This document shows, piece after piece, positions 8,675 to 19,041 of a stretch of DNA of 64,000 nt. The notes below the pieces were generated by a model. The model searched no databases, was not told the DNA's origin, and saw only the letters and a program-made list of their open reading frames with translations. The first letter of the stretch is position 1, and each line of letters opens with the position of its first letter. Position numbers and translations under genes: made by a program. Source of the DNA: an uncultured Clostridia bacterium (GTDB lineage: Bacteria; Bacillota; Clostridia; Oscillospirales; Ruminococcaceae); NCBI GenBank assembly GCA_947304245.1, contig CAMZAK010000002.1, positions 4,977 to 68,976 on the forward strand, written 5' to 3'.

Positions 8675-9430
8675 TCAAATTTTTTTAATAAAAACTAACT
8701 TAAAACTAGAAAATTTAAAATTATTCTTAAACTTAAATTTAATAACTAAAATTTTAAAATCTCCCAATTCTTTTATTTTAACCATTGCCAAACTTTTTGT
8801 TTGTTTCACTAAAGCCAAATAAAAACCATTCTTTAAATTAAAATGTTTTTTATTAATTATTTTGGTTACTAATGCAAAATTGTTTTTAAAAACCAACCCA
8901 TCAGCATTAATTCTAACATAAAACCAATAACCCAACATTTTGCTTAAATTTTTAAAATTCCCCTCTTTTAAGGCTTTTCTAATTCTGGTTGAAGAAATAG
9001 GTTCTTTTAAAAAATTTAAAAGTTTTATTGATCTAACATTCACATCATAATTTTTAGCTAAGTTCCTTAAAGAGAAAACATCTCCTTTTTTATTCTTCCC
9101 AAATTTTAAGTTTTCTCCACAAACAATCAATTTAGCATTTAACCTTTCAACCAAAACCTTTTTAAAAAATTCCTCAAACCCCAAATTTTTAATTTTTTTA
9201 AAATTAAGCCTAACAATTAATTTAACACCCAATTTAAAAATTAATTTAAATTTTTCGGTTTCTGGCAATATGTAGCAAAAATTTTTTTTAGAATTTGGAG
9301 TCTCCTCTTCAAAATTAAAGGTTAAAACAACAGGGAATAGCCCACTAAAAACAGCATTTAAAATTACAGCTCTATGCCCTAAATGAACTCCATCAAAAAC
9401 TCCAATTGCAACTGCAGTCTCTTTTTTCAT
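8675..9430 (-). CDS. ribF: RibF-like FMN adenylyltransferase with a degenerate riboflavin-kinase domain
   Basis: The N-terminus AIGVFDGVHLGHRAVI is the FAD-synthetase nucleotidyltransferase motif. In the C-terminal third I cannot find the GxPTAN flavokinase motif. Confidence 0.7.
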   Translation of the reverse strand: MKKETAVAIGVFDGVHLGHRAVILNAVFSGLFPVVLTFNFEEETPNSKKNFCYILPETEKFKLIFKLGVKLIVRLNFKKIKNLGFEEFFKKVLVERLNAKLIVCGENLKFGKNKKGDVFSLRNLAKNYDVNVRSIKLLNFLKEPISSTRIRKALKEGNFKNLSKMLGYWFYVRINADGLVFKNNFALVTKIINKKHFNLKNGFYLALVKQTKSLAMVKIKELGDFKILVIKFKFKNNFKFSSFKLVFIKKI

Positions 9431-9490
9431 TTTAATTAAGCCATTTAAAATTTAAAATCCCGCCTTCCAAAAAGTTCAAAACCAATTTAA

Positions 9491-10375
9491 CTAAACCCTA
9501 TTAAAAATTTTGTTAACACACAAAAACCCTTCCTTAAAACTAGCAATTCCTAAAAATTCTTCTTTGTAAACTCTAACAAGCTCATTTTCTTTAATTTTTT
9601 CTTCTATTTTAATTTTTTCTCCATTTAAAAGCTTTTCTTTTTCTTTTAAACTAATGTTAACCCTTTTTAAATTCAAAAAAATATCCTCAACAGGTTTAAA
9701 GGCCAAATTAAGCTCATTTTTTTCTTTTAAACTTTCAAGCTCTTTTAAACTAAAACATTCTTTTAAAAAAAAACCGCATGCCATGGTTCTTTTTAAACTA
9801 GTCATAACTGCAACAGTGCCTAATTTTTTCGCAACATCTTCAATTAAACTTCTAACATATGTTCCACTAGAACACAAAACTTTAAATTTTGCTGTTTGTT
9901 CTTTTTCGTTAAATTCAATTAATTCTAAACTATGAATTTTAACAATTCTTTTTTTTCTTTTAACGGTTTCACCTTTTCTTGCAAGTTTATATAAAGCAAC
10001 ACCATTAAACTTAACGGCAGAAAACATGGGCGGAGTTTGCTCAACTTCTCCAATAAAACTTTTAAGAATTTTAGCTAATTCATCTTTTTTAACATTTGTT
10101 TTTTCTTCAACTAAAATTTTTCCTGTTAAATCTTTAGTGTTTGTTTTAACTCCAAACTTTAAGGTGGCTAGATATTCTTTATCTGTGTTTTGCAAAAAAC
10201 TAATAGCTTTTGTTGCATTTCCAAAAAAAACAGGCAAAACCCCGGTTGCAATTGGGTCTAACGTGCCTGTGTGCCCCATTTTTTTAATGTTTAAAATTTT
10301 TCTCAAATTGCTAATAACTTTAAAAGAAGTAATCCCGTAAGGTTTGTTAACAAGCAAAATGCCATAACTTAAAAT
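9491..10375 (-). CDS. truB: tRNA pseudouridine-55 synthase TruB (probable ATT start at 10375-10373; the ORF-track TTG is at 10357)
   Basis: GILLVNKPYGITS...GHTGTLDPIATGVLPV are catalytic TruB motifs. The conserved GIL lies upstream of the TTG. GGAGG (10387-10383) sits 7 nt before an in-frame ATT. Confidence 0.88.
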   Translation of the reverse strand: MLSYGILLVNKPYGITSFKVISNLRKILNIKKMGHTGTLDPIATGVLPVFFGNATKAISFLQNTDKEYLATLKFGVKTNTKDLTGKILVEEKTNVKKDELAKILKSFIGEVEQTPPMFSAVKFNGVALYKLARKGETVKRKKRIVKIHSLELIEFNEKEQTAKFKVLCSSGTYVRSLIEDVAKKLGTVAVMTSLKRTMACGFFLKECFSLKELESLKEKNELNLAFKPVEDIFLNLKRVNISLKEKEKLLNGEKIKIEEKIKENELVRVYKEEFLGIASFKEGFLCVNKIFNRV

Positions 10376-11367
10376 GAAAATTCCTCCTTTAAATTTTTAA
10401 GCAATGTTTTTCTAGCAAACTCAATATCTCCTTTAATTAAACAACCAGCAGCTCTTTTGTGCCCTCCTCCACCAAGCCTTTTGCAAAAACAATTAGCATC
10501 ACAATTTTTCTTAGTTCGCACAGAAATTTTAAACCCATCTAAAACTTCAACTGCAGTAATAGCAATCACTGCAAAATCCACACAAGAAGCAATATGGGCT
10601 ATGGAATCTTGCTCTTTTTTTAAAACTCCTGCTTTTTTTAAAATTTCATTTGTTACAAAAACCATAACACATTTTTCTTCATAATAATATTCTAAATTTT
10701 CTATTATTTCTTTTTCTAAACTTAATCTTTCTTTACTTTTTTTGTCAAACATAACATAGTTTATGTAAGTATGGTTCGCTCCATTTAAAATTAAATCTGC
10801 AGCTATTATGTGCGTTTTTGCTGTTGTGTTCTCATATTTAAAACAACCAGTGTCTGTTGAAATCCCTAAATATAAACAATCTGCAATCTTTTTAGTAAAA
10901 TTTAAATTTAGCTCTTTTAAAATGTGGTAAACAATTTCACAACTAGCAGCCTTAGTAAAATCCACACATTTTAACTTAGCATTTATGTTGTTTGTTTTGT
11001 GGTGGTCTATGCATAAAGAAAATTCTTTATTGTGAAATTCATCCTCCAAAAGTTTAAAGTCTGCAACGTCAACCGTAACATAATGCTCAACCTTAAAATT
11101 TTCATCTTTAGATTTTTCTTCTTCTGGGTAAACAAACGAAAACTTTTCTGAAAACTCATTCTCAAAAGTTTTAACAATACTGTTTTTATTTAAACCTTTT
11201 AATGCATAATGTAAAGCAAAACTTGCCCCTATTGTGTCTCCATCCAAATTTTTATGGCATAAAAAACAAAAATTGTTCTCTCTTTTTAAAAATTCTGCTG
11301 CTTTTCTAACCGCTTCTTCAAAATTAGTTGTTTCTTCTTTTTTTAATTCAAATTTTAAATTCATCAT
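10369..11367 (-). CDS. nrnA: DHH/DHHA1 phosphoesterase NrnA (oligoribonuclease / pAp phosphatase)
   Basis: HKNLDGDTIGA (DHH motif I-II), DHH (CIDHHKTN) and GGGHKRAAG (DHHA1). Positioned between rbfA and truB, as in Firmicutes. Confidence 0.8.
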   Translation of the reverse strand: MMNLKFELKKEETTNFEEAVRKAAEFLKRENNFCFLCHKNLDGDTIGASFALHYALKGLNKNSIVKTFENEFSEKFSFVYPEEEKSKDENFKVEHYVTVDVADFKLLEDEFHNKEFSLCIDHHKTNNINAKLKCVDFTKAASCEIVYHILKELNLNFTKKIADCLYLGISTDTGCFKYENTTAKTHIIAADLILNGANHTYINYVMFDKKSKERLSLEKEIIENLEYYYEEKCVMVFVTNEILKKAGVLKKEQDSIAHIASCVDFAVIAITAVEVLDGFKISVRTKKNCDANCFCKRLGGGGHKRAAGCLIKGDIEFARKTLLKNLKEEFSF

Positions 11368-11396
11368 TCACCCCTTTTTTAACCCACGCATTAAAC

Positions 11397-11747
11397 TTAT
11401 TTTTCTTTTTCTTTAATTTTAGAAAAAAGTTCTTCTAAGTGCTCTGAATATTCTAGAGAATCGTCCGCTAAAAACTCAATTTGTGGCACAACTTTTAAAG
11501 ATAAATTCTTAGAAATTTCGTGTTTAATAAACCCCAAAGCATTGTTTAAAAGTTTAATTGCTTGTTTTTTGTAAATGCTCCCTTTTAAAGAACCAACATA
11601 AACCTTAACTTTAAGCCTGTTTTTGCTCATTTCAACCCTGTTAACGCTAACCTCTTTAGAAGCTAAAGATTTATTTTTTAGTTTTCTAATTATTAAACTA
11701 AGTTGCCTTTTTATGTCTTCTTCCACATGACTTTTTTTAAAATTCAA
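11397..11747 (-). CDS. rbfA: Ribosome-binding factor A
   Basis: 116 aa. The RbfA pattern is present (...VSVNRVEMSKNRLKVKVYV...LKVVPQIEF..D.S) and the gene lies directly downstream of infB. Confidence 0.85.
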   Translation of the reverse strand: MNFKKSHVEEDIKRQLSLIIRKLKNKSLASKEVSVNRVEMSKNRLKVKVYVGSLKGSIYKKQAIKLLNNALGFIKHEISKNLSLKVVPQIEFLADDSLEYSEHLEELFSKIKEKEK

Positions 11748-11773
11748 ATTAAACTTCCTTTCAAATTAAAAAA

Positions 11774-14110
11774 TCACTCATCAACATATTCTTCAATTGT
11801 GAAAGATTCTAAAACATCTCCAACTTTAATGTCATTAAAATTCATAAGCCCAATCCCACACTCAAACTCTTTTAAAACCTCTTTAGCATCTTCTTTAAAC
11901 CGTTTTAAAGAGCGAATTGAGTCTTCGCAAACAACAACGCCATCTCTTACAACTCTAACATTTGCTTTTCTTAAAATTTTTCCATTTGTTACATAGCAAC
12001 CTGCTATTGTTCCCACATTAGAAATTTTGTAAACCTTTCTAACTTCTGCAGAGCCTAGTTCAACTTCTCTTGTTTTAGGCTCTAGCATTCCTTTCATTGC
12101 CTTTTCAACGTCTTCTATAACGTCGTAAATTACTCTATATAACCTCAATTCAATGTTTTTAGATTCTGCTAAATTTTTAACCATTGCATTAGGTCTCACA
12201 TTAAAACCAATAACAATGGCATTAGAAACAGCAGCAAGGTTTACATCTGCCTCATTTATTGCACCCGACGCCGTATGAATTACGTTAATTTTAACATCTT
12301 CATTGGAAAGTTTTTCTAAAGAGCTTTTAATTGCTTCAACAGAGCCCTGCACATCTGCTTTAATTATTATGTTAACAACCTTACTTTCTCCCTTGTCTAT
12401 GTTACTAAATAAATTATCTAAACTTATTTTGTTTTCTTCAAATCTTTTATTTTTTTCATTAAATTTTCTCTTTTCAACAAGCTCTTTTGCCAACTTCTCA
12501 TTAGCAACAACATTAAAAATGTCTCCCGCTAGAGGAACCTCAGCCAAACCAGTTATTTCAACAGGAGTTGAAGGCCCAACAGAAGAAACTTCTTTGCCCT
12601 TGTCATTTAGCATTACTCTAACACGTCCAAAACAAACTCCAGCAATTAAAGAATCTCCCACATTTAAAGTTCCAGACTGAACCAATAACGTTGCAACAGG
12701 GCCTCTTCCTTTGTCTAAGTACGCTTCAATTACAGAACCTTTAGCAGCCTTATTTTTAACAGCTTTTAACTCCTTCATTTCAGCCACTAAATCAATCATC
12801 TCCAAAAGTTGAGGAATTCCTTCTCCCGTTTTTGCAGAAACCAAAACACAAACAACGTCTCCCCCCCACTCTTCTGGAACTAAACCATGCTCTGTTAGCT
12901 GTTTTTTAATTCTTTCAACATCAGCCTGAGGTTTATCTATTTTATTTATAGCAACCATTATGGTAACATTAGCAGCTTTAGCGTGGTTAATTGCTTCAAT
13001 TGTTTGTGGCATAACTCCGTCGTCAGCAGCAACAACCAAAACAGCAATATCTGTTATGTTAACCCCTCTCATTCTCATAGATGTAAATGCTTCATGCCCT
13101 GGTGTATCTAAAAAAGTTATTCCTTTGTTTTTATTTAAAAAAACCTTATAAGCTCCAATATGTTGAGTTATTCCACCAGACTCTGCTGCTATTATGTTTG
13201 TGTTTCTAATTTTGTCTAAAAGGCTTGTCTTCCCGTGGTCTACATGCCCAACAACAACAACTACAGGGTCTTTTTTAACCATCTCCCCTTTTTCTTCATT
13301 CTGCTCTTCAAAAAGCCTTTCTTCAATTGTTAATGTAACTTCATGTTCAACTTTTGCTCCTAGTTCTTGCGCCACAACGCAAGCAGTGTCAAAATCTATT
13401 GTTTCATTAACATTAGCCATAACTCCAAGTGCCATTAGTTGTTTAATAACCTGCGCCACATTAACTTTAAGCCTTGATGCAAGTTCGCTTACAACAATAT
13501 TGTCTGGTATGCTAACCTTTAGCTTTTGCTGCCTTGCTTTTTCTAAAGCCAAACGCTGCAATTTTTGTGCTTCTGTCTCTTTTTTTCTTAAGCTTTTCTG
13601 GCTATTCTTTTTCTTAAATTTTTGCTTGTTTTGAAAACTATCTTTAAATTTATTGTCTCCTGCAATTTTTTCATAACGTTCGTTATACTTTTCAAAATTC
13701 ATTTGTGAAGTTTTAGTTTCCACAAAGTTTCTCTTTTTTTCTTCATGTAAAAAATTTGTTGAAGAAGATTGTTTTTGGGGTGTTAATTTAATTGTCTTAA
13801 CCTTTTTTTCCTCTTTTTCTTTTAAATTAATAACTTTTTCTTTTTTAGGGATGTTTTGTTTTTCACTATTTAACTCTTTAGGTTTTTTAGGTTTAGGACT
13901 TTTATTTAATGCAGTTTTAAAATATTCATCAAAACTTTCCACCTGGTTTTTTTGAGAATAAACCTCTAACACAACATTTATCTCTTCTTCTGTTAGCGTT
14001 GTTGTTGTTTTTAAAGGCTTATCTAAATAATTCTTTAAAGTTTCCAATAAATCTTTAGAATCTATGTTCAAATCTTTAGCAAGCTCGGAAAGTTTATATT
14101 TTTTAATCAT
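11774..14110 (-). CDS. infB: Translation initiation factor IF-2
   Basis: G-domain [29 protein letters not shown] and a conserved C-terminal domain. 778 aa. Confidence 0.95.
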   Translation of the reverse strand: MIKKYKLSELAKDLNIDSKDLLETLKNYLDKPLKTTTTLTEEEINVVLEVYSQKNQVESFDEYFKTALNKSPKPKKPKELNSEKQNIPKKEKVINLKEKEEKKVKTIKLTPQKQSSSTNFLHEEKKRNFVETKTSQMNFEKYNERYEKIAGDNKFKDSFQNKQKFKKKNSQKSLRKKETEAQKLQRLALEKARQQKLKVSIPDNIVVSELASRLKVNVAQVIKQLMALGVMANVNETIDFDTACVVAQELGAKVEHEVTLTIEERLFEEQNEEKGEMVKKDPVVVVVGHVDHGKTSLLDKIRNTNIIAAESGGITQHIGAYKVFLNKNKGITFLDTPGHEAFTSMRMRGVNITDIAVLVVAADDGVMPQTIEAINHAKAANVTIMVAINKIDKPQADVERIKKQLTEHGLVPEEWGGDVVCVLVSAKTGEGIPQLLEMIDLVAEMKELKAVKNKAAKGSVIEAYLDKGRGPVATLLVQSGTLNVGDSLIAGVCFGRVRVMLNDKGKEVSSVGPSTPVEITGLAEVPLAGDIFNVVANEKLAKELVEKRKFNEKNKRFEENKISLDNLFSNIDKGESKVVNIIIKADVQGSVEAIKSSLEKLSNEDVKINVIHTASGAINEADVNLAAVSNAIVIGFNVRPNAMVKNLAESKNIELRLYRVIYDVIEDVEKAMKGMLEPKTREVELGSAEVRKVYKISNVGTIAGCYVTNGKILRKANVRVVRDGVVVCEDSIRSLKRFKEDAKEVLKEFECGIGLMNFNDIKVGDVLESFTIEEYVDE

Positions 14111-14163
14111 GTAAAAACATCACCCCTATTAAACTATAAATAAATTTAAAATTAAATTTATTT

Positions 14164-14406
14164 TTAGTTATTATTTAAAATTTCATCTTTTAAATTAAAA
14201 TAAATTTCTTCTCCAACTTTACATTTAAAATTTTTTTCTAAACCTTTTTTCTTTTTTAAAACATCATAACAATTTTCATTACAACATAAATACGCACCAC
14301 GTCCTTGAGCTTTTTTAGAATAATCTAAAAAAATTCTTCCGCTTTTTTCTTTTACAATTCTAATTAAAAACTCTTTTAGGTTCCTTTTTCTGCATGCAAT
14401 ACACAA
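14164..14406 (-). CDS. ylxR: YlxR/RnpM-family (DUF448) RNA-binding protein
   Basis: (R)LCIACRKRN...GRGAYLC motif between nusA and infB. The exact start is unclear: TTG at 14406, with no in-frame ATG or GTG upstream. Confidence 0.75.
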   Translation of the reverse strand: MCIACRKRNLKEFLIRIVKEKSGRIFLDYSKKAQGRGAYLCCNENCYDVLKKKKGLEKNFKCKVGEEIYFNLKDEILNNN

Positions 14407-14434
14407 TCTAACAGGAACTTTTTTTTCACTTACA

Positions 14435-15670
14435 CTATTTTGCGTTTTTTTCTGCCTCCCTTAACATTTTTTCAACTTCTAATGCATGTATGTCTTCTTC
14501 TTCATCTATTTCCTCTTTTGTTTTAAGTTCTTTTTTCTCTTCAGCATTTTGTGTGTATTTATTAATTCTTTCATCAAACTTCTTTTGAGCAATTTTTTTA
14601 AATTCTTCTTTGCTCAAACCATCACTAGAATTAACATCAATTTTAAAACCAACCAACATTGCAGCCAACTTAACATTCAAACCACTAGCTCCAATTGCAA
14701 GAGAAATTTGAGAACTTAAAACTCCAACATAAGCAACCTTTTCAAGCCCTTTAACTTCTTTAATTTCAACAAATTTAACCTCTGCGGGTGCTAATGCTGC
14801 TTTTACAAATTCCTTTTCATCTTCACTATAATTTATTATGTCAATCTTCTCTCCATTTAATTCTTCAACAACAGACTCAATTCTCGTTCCTTTAGAACCA
14901 ATACAACAACCCACAGCATCAATATTTTCATCTTCACAAGAAACAGCAATTTTAGTTCTAATTCCTGCTTGCCTTGCAACTTTATTTATTTTAACCTTTC
15001 CTTCTTCAATTTCAGGAACCTCTAACTCAAAGAGCCCCTTAACAAAATTAGGATGCGTTCTAGAAATTTTAATTAAAGAACCAGAACTTGAAGAATCTAG
15101 CTCAATTGCATAAACCTTAACCAAATCTCCAACAGAAAAATTATCGTTAATTAACTGCTGATTTTTAAACAAAATAACTTCACTATCGTCAATTTTAAAA
15201 ATGACGTTACCAAAAACAGGGTCTAACATTTCAACCTTAACCGTTAATATTCTCCCTATTTTGTCTCCTATTTTTTCAATAACATTTTCTCTTTCAATCT
15301 CTCTAATACCCTGCATAATTTGCTGTTTTGCTGCTTGAGCTGCAAGCCTTCCAATTTTTTTAGCATCTACATATATTTTAACATATTCACCTAATTTAGC
15401 ATCACTTCTAATTTTTAAAGCATCTTCTAGTAAGATTTCATTTGCAGGATTTTTAATATTTTGCACAATAAGCTTTGAAAAAGAAACATTAAAATTCAGC
15501 TTTTTAGGGTCTATTACAACATCAATTTTTTCAACCTTGCCATACTGCTTTTTAACGGCTAAAATTATTGCATTTTCAAGTTTTTTAATTAAAGAATCTG
15601 GTTGCACTCCTTTTTCTGTTGTTATATAATTCAAAGCATCAAAAAATTCTTTTGTTTGTTTTGCTTTCAT
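14435..15670 (-). CDS. nusA: Transcription termination/antitermination factor NusA
   Basis: NusA N-terminal, S1 and tandem KH regions are present (...RTHPNFVKGLFELEVPEI..., CIGSKGTRIESVVEELNGEKIDII). Confidence 0.95.
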   Translation of the reverse strand: MKAKQTKEFFDALNYITTEKGVQPDSLIKKLENAIILAVKKQYGKVEKIDVVIDPKKLNFNVSFSKLIVQNIKNPANEILLEDALKIRSDAKLGEYVKIYVDAKKIGRLAAQAAKQQIMQGIREIERENVIEKIGDKIGRILTVKVEMLDPVFGNVIFKIDDSEVILFKNQQLINDNFSVGDLVKVYAIELDSSSSGSLIKISRTHPNFVKGLFELEVPEIEEGKVKINKVARQAGIRTKIAVSCEDENIDAVGCCIGSKGTRIESVVEELNGEKIDIINYSEDEKEFVKAALAPAEVKFVEIKEVKGLEKVAYVGVLSSQISLAIGASGLNVKLAAMLVGFKIDVNSSDGLSKEEFKKIAQKKFDERINKYTQNAEEKKELKTKEEIDEEEDIHALEVEKMLREAEKNAK

Positions 15671-15784
15671 TTTGTGGTTTCCTTTCTTTTAAAAACTTTT
15701 GTTTTATTAATTTCTTAAATGCTAACAGTATAATTTAAAATTATATTCCAAAATGCAATAAAATATTACAATAAAACTGCAACC

Positions 15785-16252
15785 TTAAACTTCTTCACTT
15801 TCTCCATCTAATTTAACAAACGAACAATTTTTAATTGGTATGTTAAAAATTTCATCCATGGTTTGCAGTTCTATTTCACCATCCTTAAAATTTTTCAAAA
15901 TTCCCTTTAAATATTTTTTTCCTTCAAAAGTTTTTTTAAATTTTATGTTAATATGTCTTCCAATTGAATTTTTAAAATGTATATCTTTTGCAAGTTTCCT
16001 ATCTATTCCAATTGAAGAAACCTCTAAGAAATATTTTTCTTTTATAACGTCTATTTCATCTAGTTTTTTTGAAACTTCATAAGAAACCATCTCACAATCG
16101 TCTAAAGTGACACTAGCTCCATTTTTTTTAAATATATAAACTCTTAAAAATTTACTAATTCCTTCTTTTTCAAACTGAATATCCCAAACATTTAAACCCA
16201 TATTTAAAATTATTGGTTCTAAATTTTCCTTAACAACATTTAAAACACTCAT
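15785..16252 (-). CDS. rimP: Ribosome maturation factor RimP
   Basis: 155 aa, directly upstream of nusA. RimP pattern ...FLRVYI...VTLDDCEMVSYEVSKKLD...YFLEVSSIGIDR. Confidence 0.85.
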   Translation of the reverse strand: MSVLNVVKENLEPIILNMGLNVWDIQFEKEGISKFLRVYIFKKNGASVTLDDCEMVSYEVSKKLDEIDVIKEKYFLEVSSIGIDRKLAKDIHFKNSIGRHINIKFKKTFEGKKYLKGILKNFKDGEIELQTMDEIFNIPIKNCSFVKLDGESEEV

Positions 16253-16384
16253 ATTTCTCCTTCTCCCATTAAATTTTTAAATACAAAAGACTAGGCTTAA
16301 AAAACCCAGTCTCTAAACTTTTTCAACCTATTTAAAATTTACCACATATATTTTAATTTGTCAAATTTTTAGTTTTTTACAAAA

Positions 16385-16413
16385 TTGACATTAAACCAAA
16401 ATTTTAATATAAT
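16385..16413 (+). promoter_or_regulatory. Consensus sigma-70/SigA promoter for tRNA-Leu(CAG)
   Basis: TTGACA (16385-16390), 17-nt spacer, TATAAT (16408-16413), 25 nt upstream of the tRNA 5' end. Confidence 0.6.
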
Positions 16414-16438
16414 AACTTAGTTTTTAAAAATTTAACTA

Positions 16439-16528
16439 GCGGTTATGGCGAAATTGGCAGACGCGCCAGATTCAGGTTCTGGTTGAACTTTAAGTTCAGT
16501 GGAGGTTCAAGTCCTCTTAGCCGCACCA
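16439..16528 (+). tRNA. tRNA-Leu (anticodon CAG)
   Basis: GCGGTTA-TG-GCG..CGC-G-CCAGA-TTCAGGT-TCTGG-long variable arm-GGAGG-TTCAAGT-CCTCT-TAGCCGC-A-CCA. Confidence 0.85.
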
Positions 16529-16579
16529 ATTAATTTTATTTTCCCATACATTTTAATAAATAATTTTCATCAACTTAAA

Positions 16580-17782
16580 TTAAAAAGGAAACTGCGAAAC
16601 TTTAACTTTGTTTTCACAAACTTTTTTAATTTGTTTAGAAACAACAGAAATATTAAACTTAGATTCTTCGGTTTCTATTTTTTCTTTAAACTCTTTTCTA
16701 ATTTCTTTTAAATAATCCTCTCTCGCTTTCTTTTCTTTAATCCCCTTTGCTCTTTCTTTTTCTTTTTTACCGGTTTCATCATCCATATCAAGTGTTTCTA
16801 TGATATATAGATATGTGTCTGTTTCAAAAATTTTCTTTTTTTCTTTCTTTTCTTCCATTTCTTTCAAAAATTTCTTTACACCTTCGTTGAATTTGTAGTC
16901 TTCATCAGGGTTAAAACTTTGTTCATCTTTTTCATTTAAATAAGATACTTTCTCTTCCAGTGAAGCAATATCTTTTCCCAAACCATCTTGTAACTCTTTT
17001 TTAACATCTTCTAAACTTTTTTTCTTTCCATTAATTTTTTTCAACATGTTTTCTGCAAGTTCTTTAGAATTTTTAACAGAAAATTTCTTTTCTAATTTTT
17101 CCTGAATGCTCTCTTCTTTGTCTTTTTTATCTTTACTCTCTTCTTTATTTTCTTCTTTTTTAAGTTCTTTTGGAATTTTTAAAAATTTAAACCGCATAAC
17201 ATTTTTCTTATCTTTAAGAAATTTCATAACATCCTCTTCTTTAATTTCTCCTGGCTTTCCTTTCCCATAAAGCTGTTCTCCAATTTTATTCTCTAACAAG
17301 TCCCACAAAACAAGGTTTTCACAATCTTTTAAAGAAATCCCTATCTTGCTTGCCTTAAAACTAGAATTTAAACTTTTAAACCTTTCATATCCATTCTTTT
17401 TTATTCCTTCTTTTTCTTGTTCTGTTAAACTAACATTTAACTTTTTTGCTGCAATGCGTTTAATTAAAATTTCTTCCATTTCATCGCTAACCTGATTTTT
17501 AATATATTCTAAAGCAGCGCCTCCATCAATTTCCCCTTCTTTGAAAACTTCAAAGCTAAAATCATCATAAGCAAAGTCTCCTTTAATGCTGCCTCTAGAT
17601 GAAACTGCCTTTAACGAAGTTAACAATAAAAATTCTGAAAAATTAATTTCTTCATCTCCTAGTTTTTTAACACAATCTTCACCATTCCATCCACAACTAA
17701 CTAAGTTAAAAACTATTAGCAAATTACACAATAAAGCTAAAATTATTTTTTTAAAATTTTTTTTCTTAAAACTAACCTGCAT
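16580..17782 (-). CDS. Lipoprotein, possibly SurA/PrsA-N-terminal-like chaperone, with a K/E-rich C-terminal half
   Basis: Signal peptide plus lipobox (LIVFNLVSC). No PPIase motif is recognisable, and the functional call is weak. Confidence 0.45.
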   Translation of the reverse strand: MQVSFKKKNFKKIILALLCNLLIVFNLVSCGWNGEDCVKKLGDEEINFSEFLLLTSLKAVSSRGSIKGDFAYDDFSFEVFKEGEIDGGAALEYIKNQVSDEMEEILIKRIAAKKLNVSLTEQEKEGIKKNGYERFKSLNSSFKASKIGISLKDCENLVLWDLLENKIGEQLYGKGKPGEIKEEDVMKFLKDKKNVMRFKFLKIPKELKKEENKEESKDKKDKEESIQEKLEKKFSVKNSKELAENMLKKINGKKKSLEDVKKELQDGLGKDIASLEEKVSYLNEKDEQSFNPDEDYKFNEGVKKFLKEMEEKKEKKKIFETDTYLYIIETLDMDDETGKKEKERAKGIKEKKAREDYLKEIRKEFKEKIETEESKFNISVVSKQIKKVCENKVKVSQFPF

Positions 17783-17841
17783 AAAATTAAACTCTCCTCG
17801 TTTGTTTAAACTTTAAACTAAAACCATAAAGTTTTTTTAAT

Positions 17842-18147
17842 TCAAACACTAACCTTTTTTTTATATCTCTCAATCCATATTCCTGCTATGTCTAGAGCTT
17901 CATATAAACTGTTTTTAACAGTGTGTTTTACAACAACTTCTTCGGGTGCTGTTTTAGGGTCTGTTGAAATTAACTGCAAAAAAACCTTATTACCAATTTT
18001 GATGTCTTTAAAACTCTTATGCGAATTAATTGTAAGCATAGCAACAAAATCTTCGTTCATTTCCCCATAATAAATTACATTGTCTTTTCTAACTAAAGGC
18101 TTATTTTTATAGGAAAAAAATTCACTTTTCAAAATAAAAACCCCCAT
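17842..18147 (-). CDS. Hypothetical protein (101 aa)
   Basis: ORF tightly packed 3 nt downstream of pduL on the same strand. I recognise no family. Confidence 0.4.
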   Translation of the reverse strand: MGVFILKSEFFSYKNKPLVRKDNVIYYGEMNEDFVAMLTINSHKSFKDIKIGNKVFLQLISTDPKTAPEEVVVKHTVKNSLYEALDIAGIWIERYKKKVSV

Positions 18148-18150
18148 TCT

Positions 18151-18732
18151 TTAATTTAAATTAACAATTTTTGCTTTTGCTGTTGTTATTACGTTTGCAG
18201 CATTAGCTTCGTCTGTGTCTATGTGCATTGCAAGAGTAAACTCATTAGAAACCCTAACAACAACATCTTTAAAAATTAAACTTCTTTCTTCTGTTAAAAC
18301 CTCAACCGAAACATTGTCACCATTTTTAACCCCTAATTTTAAAGCGTCTTCATTGGAAGCATGAATATGCCTTTTTGCAACAATTACTCCATTTTTTAAT
18401 TCCATTTCTCCTTTAGGGCCAACTAATTTACAAGCAGCAGCACCATTTAAGTCTCCAGATTCTTTAATTGGTGCTTCAACTCCAATTGTTCTCGCATCTG
18501 TTTTAGAAATTTCAACCTGAACATTTTTTCTTTCCGGCCCTAAAACAGAAACCTTTTTAAAAGAACTTTTTTCTCCAACAACAGCAACCTTTTCTTCACA
18601 AACAAACTGCCCTTTTTGAGATAATTCTTTTTTAAATGTTAATTCATATCCTTCTCCAAAAAGAATTTCAACTGCTTCTCGGTTTAAATGAACATGCCTT
18701 GCAGAAACTTCAACTAAAATTTCATCTTTCAC
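18151..18732 (-). CDS. pduL: Phosphate propanoyltransferase PduL
   Basis: Duplicated PduL signature: VEVSARHVHLNREAVEILFG... and ...VIVAKRHIHASNEDALKLGVKNGD. Confidence 0.8.
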   Translation of the reverse strand: MKDEILVEVSARHVHLNREAVEILFGEGYELTFKKELSQKGQFVCEEKVAVVGEKSSFKKVSVLGPERKNVQVEISKTDARTIGVEAPIKESGDLNGAAACKLVGPKGEMELKNGVIVAKRHIHASNEDALKLGVKNGDNVSVEVLTEERSLIFKDVVVRVSNEFTLAMHIDTDEANAANVITTAKAKIVNLN

Positions 18733-18885
18733 AAAAATTCACCCTTTTTAACTTCTTTAAAATTAACAACTTAACATGTTAACCTATTCATTATATTTAA
18801 TTTTAAATTTAATTGCAACTAAATTAAATATTTAATTTTATTTAAAACTAAAAAAATGTTGTTTTAAAACCAATTTTGCAAAATC

Positions 18886-18914
18886 TTGAATTTTTTTGCA
18901 AAATACTTTATAAT
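18886..18914 (+). promoter_or_regulatory. Candidate SigA promoter upstream of prs
   Basis: TTGAAT (18886-18891), 17 nt, TATAAT (18909-18914). Confidence 0.4.
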
Positions 18915-19041
18915 AAAATAAAAATTATACATACACTCAATCCATCAACAAATTTTAATTTTTTGTTAAAACATATAAAATTACTATTCATCCTTCAATG
19001 AATGTTTGTTTTTTAAATTTAAAAAAAGGAATGTTAAATAT

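Noticed and set aside
16288-16312. Imperfect hairpin (agactagg-cttaaaaaa-cccagtct) upstream of rimP, considered as a terminator or attenuator
   Set aside because: The stem contains a mismatch and the flanking U-tract is weak on either strand. Its position, between a plus-strand tRNA and rimP, does not clearly match any transcript end.
16499-16711. 70-aa plus-strand ORF starting inside tRNA-Leu(CAG)
   Set aside because: It overlaps the tRNA 3' half and the 3' end of the minus-strand lipoprotein gene. It is a low-complexity F/N/K-rich sequence with no SD.
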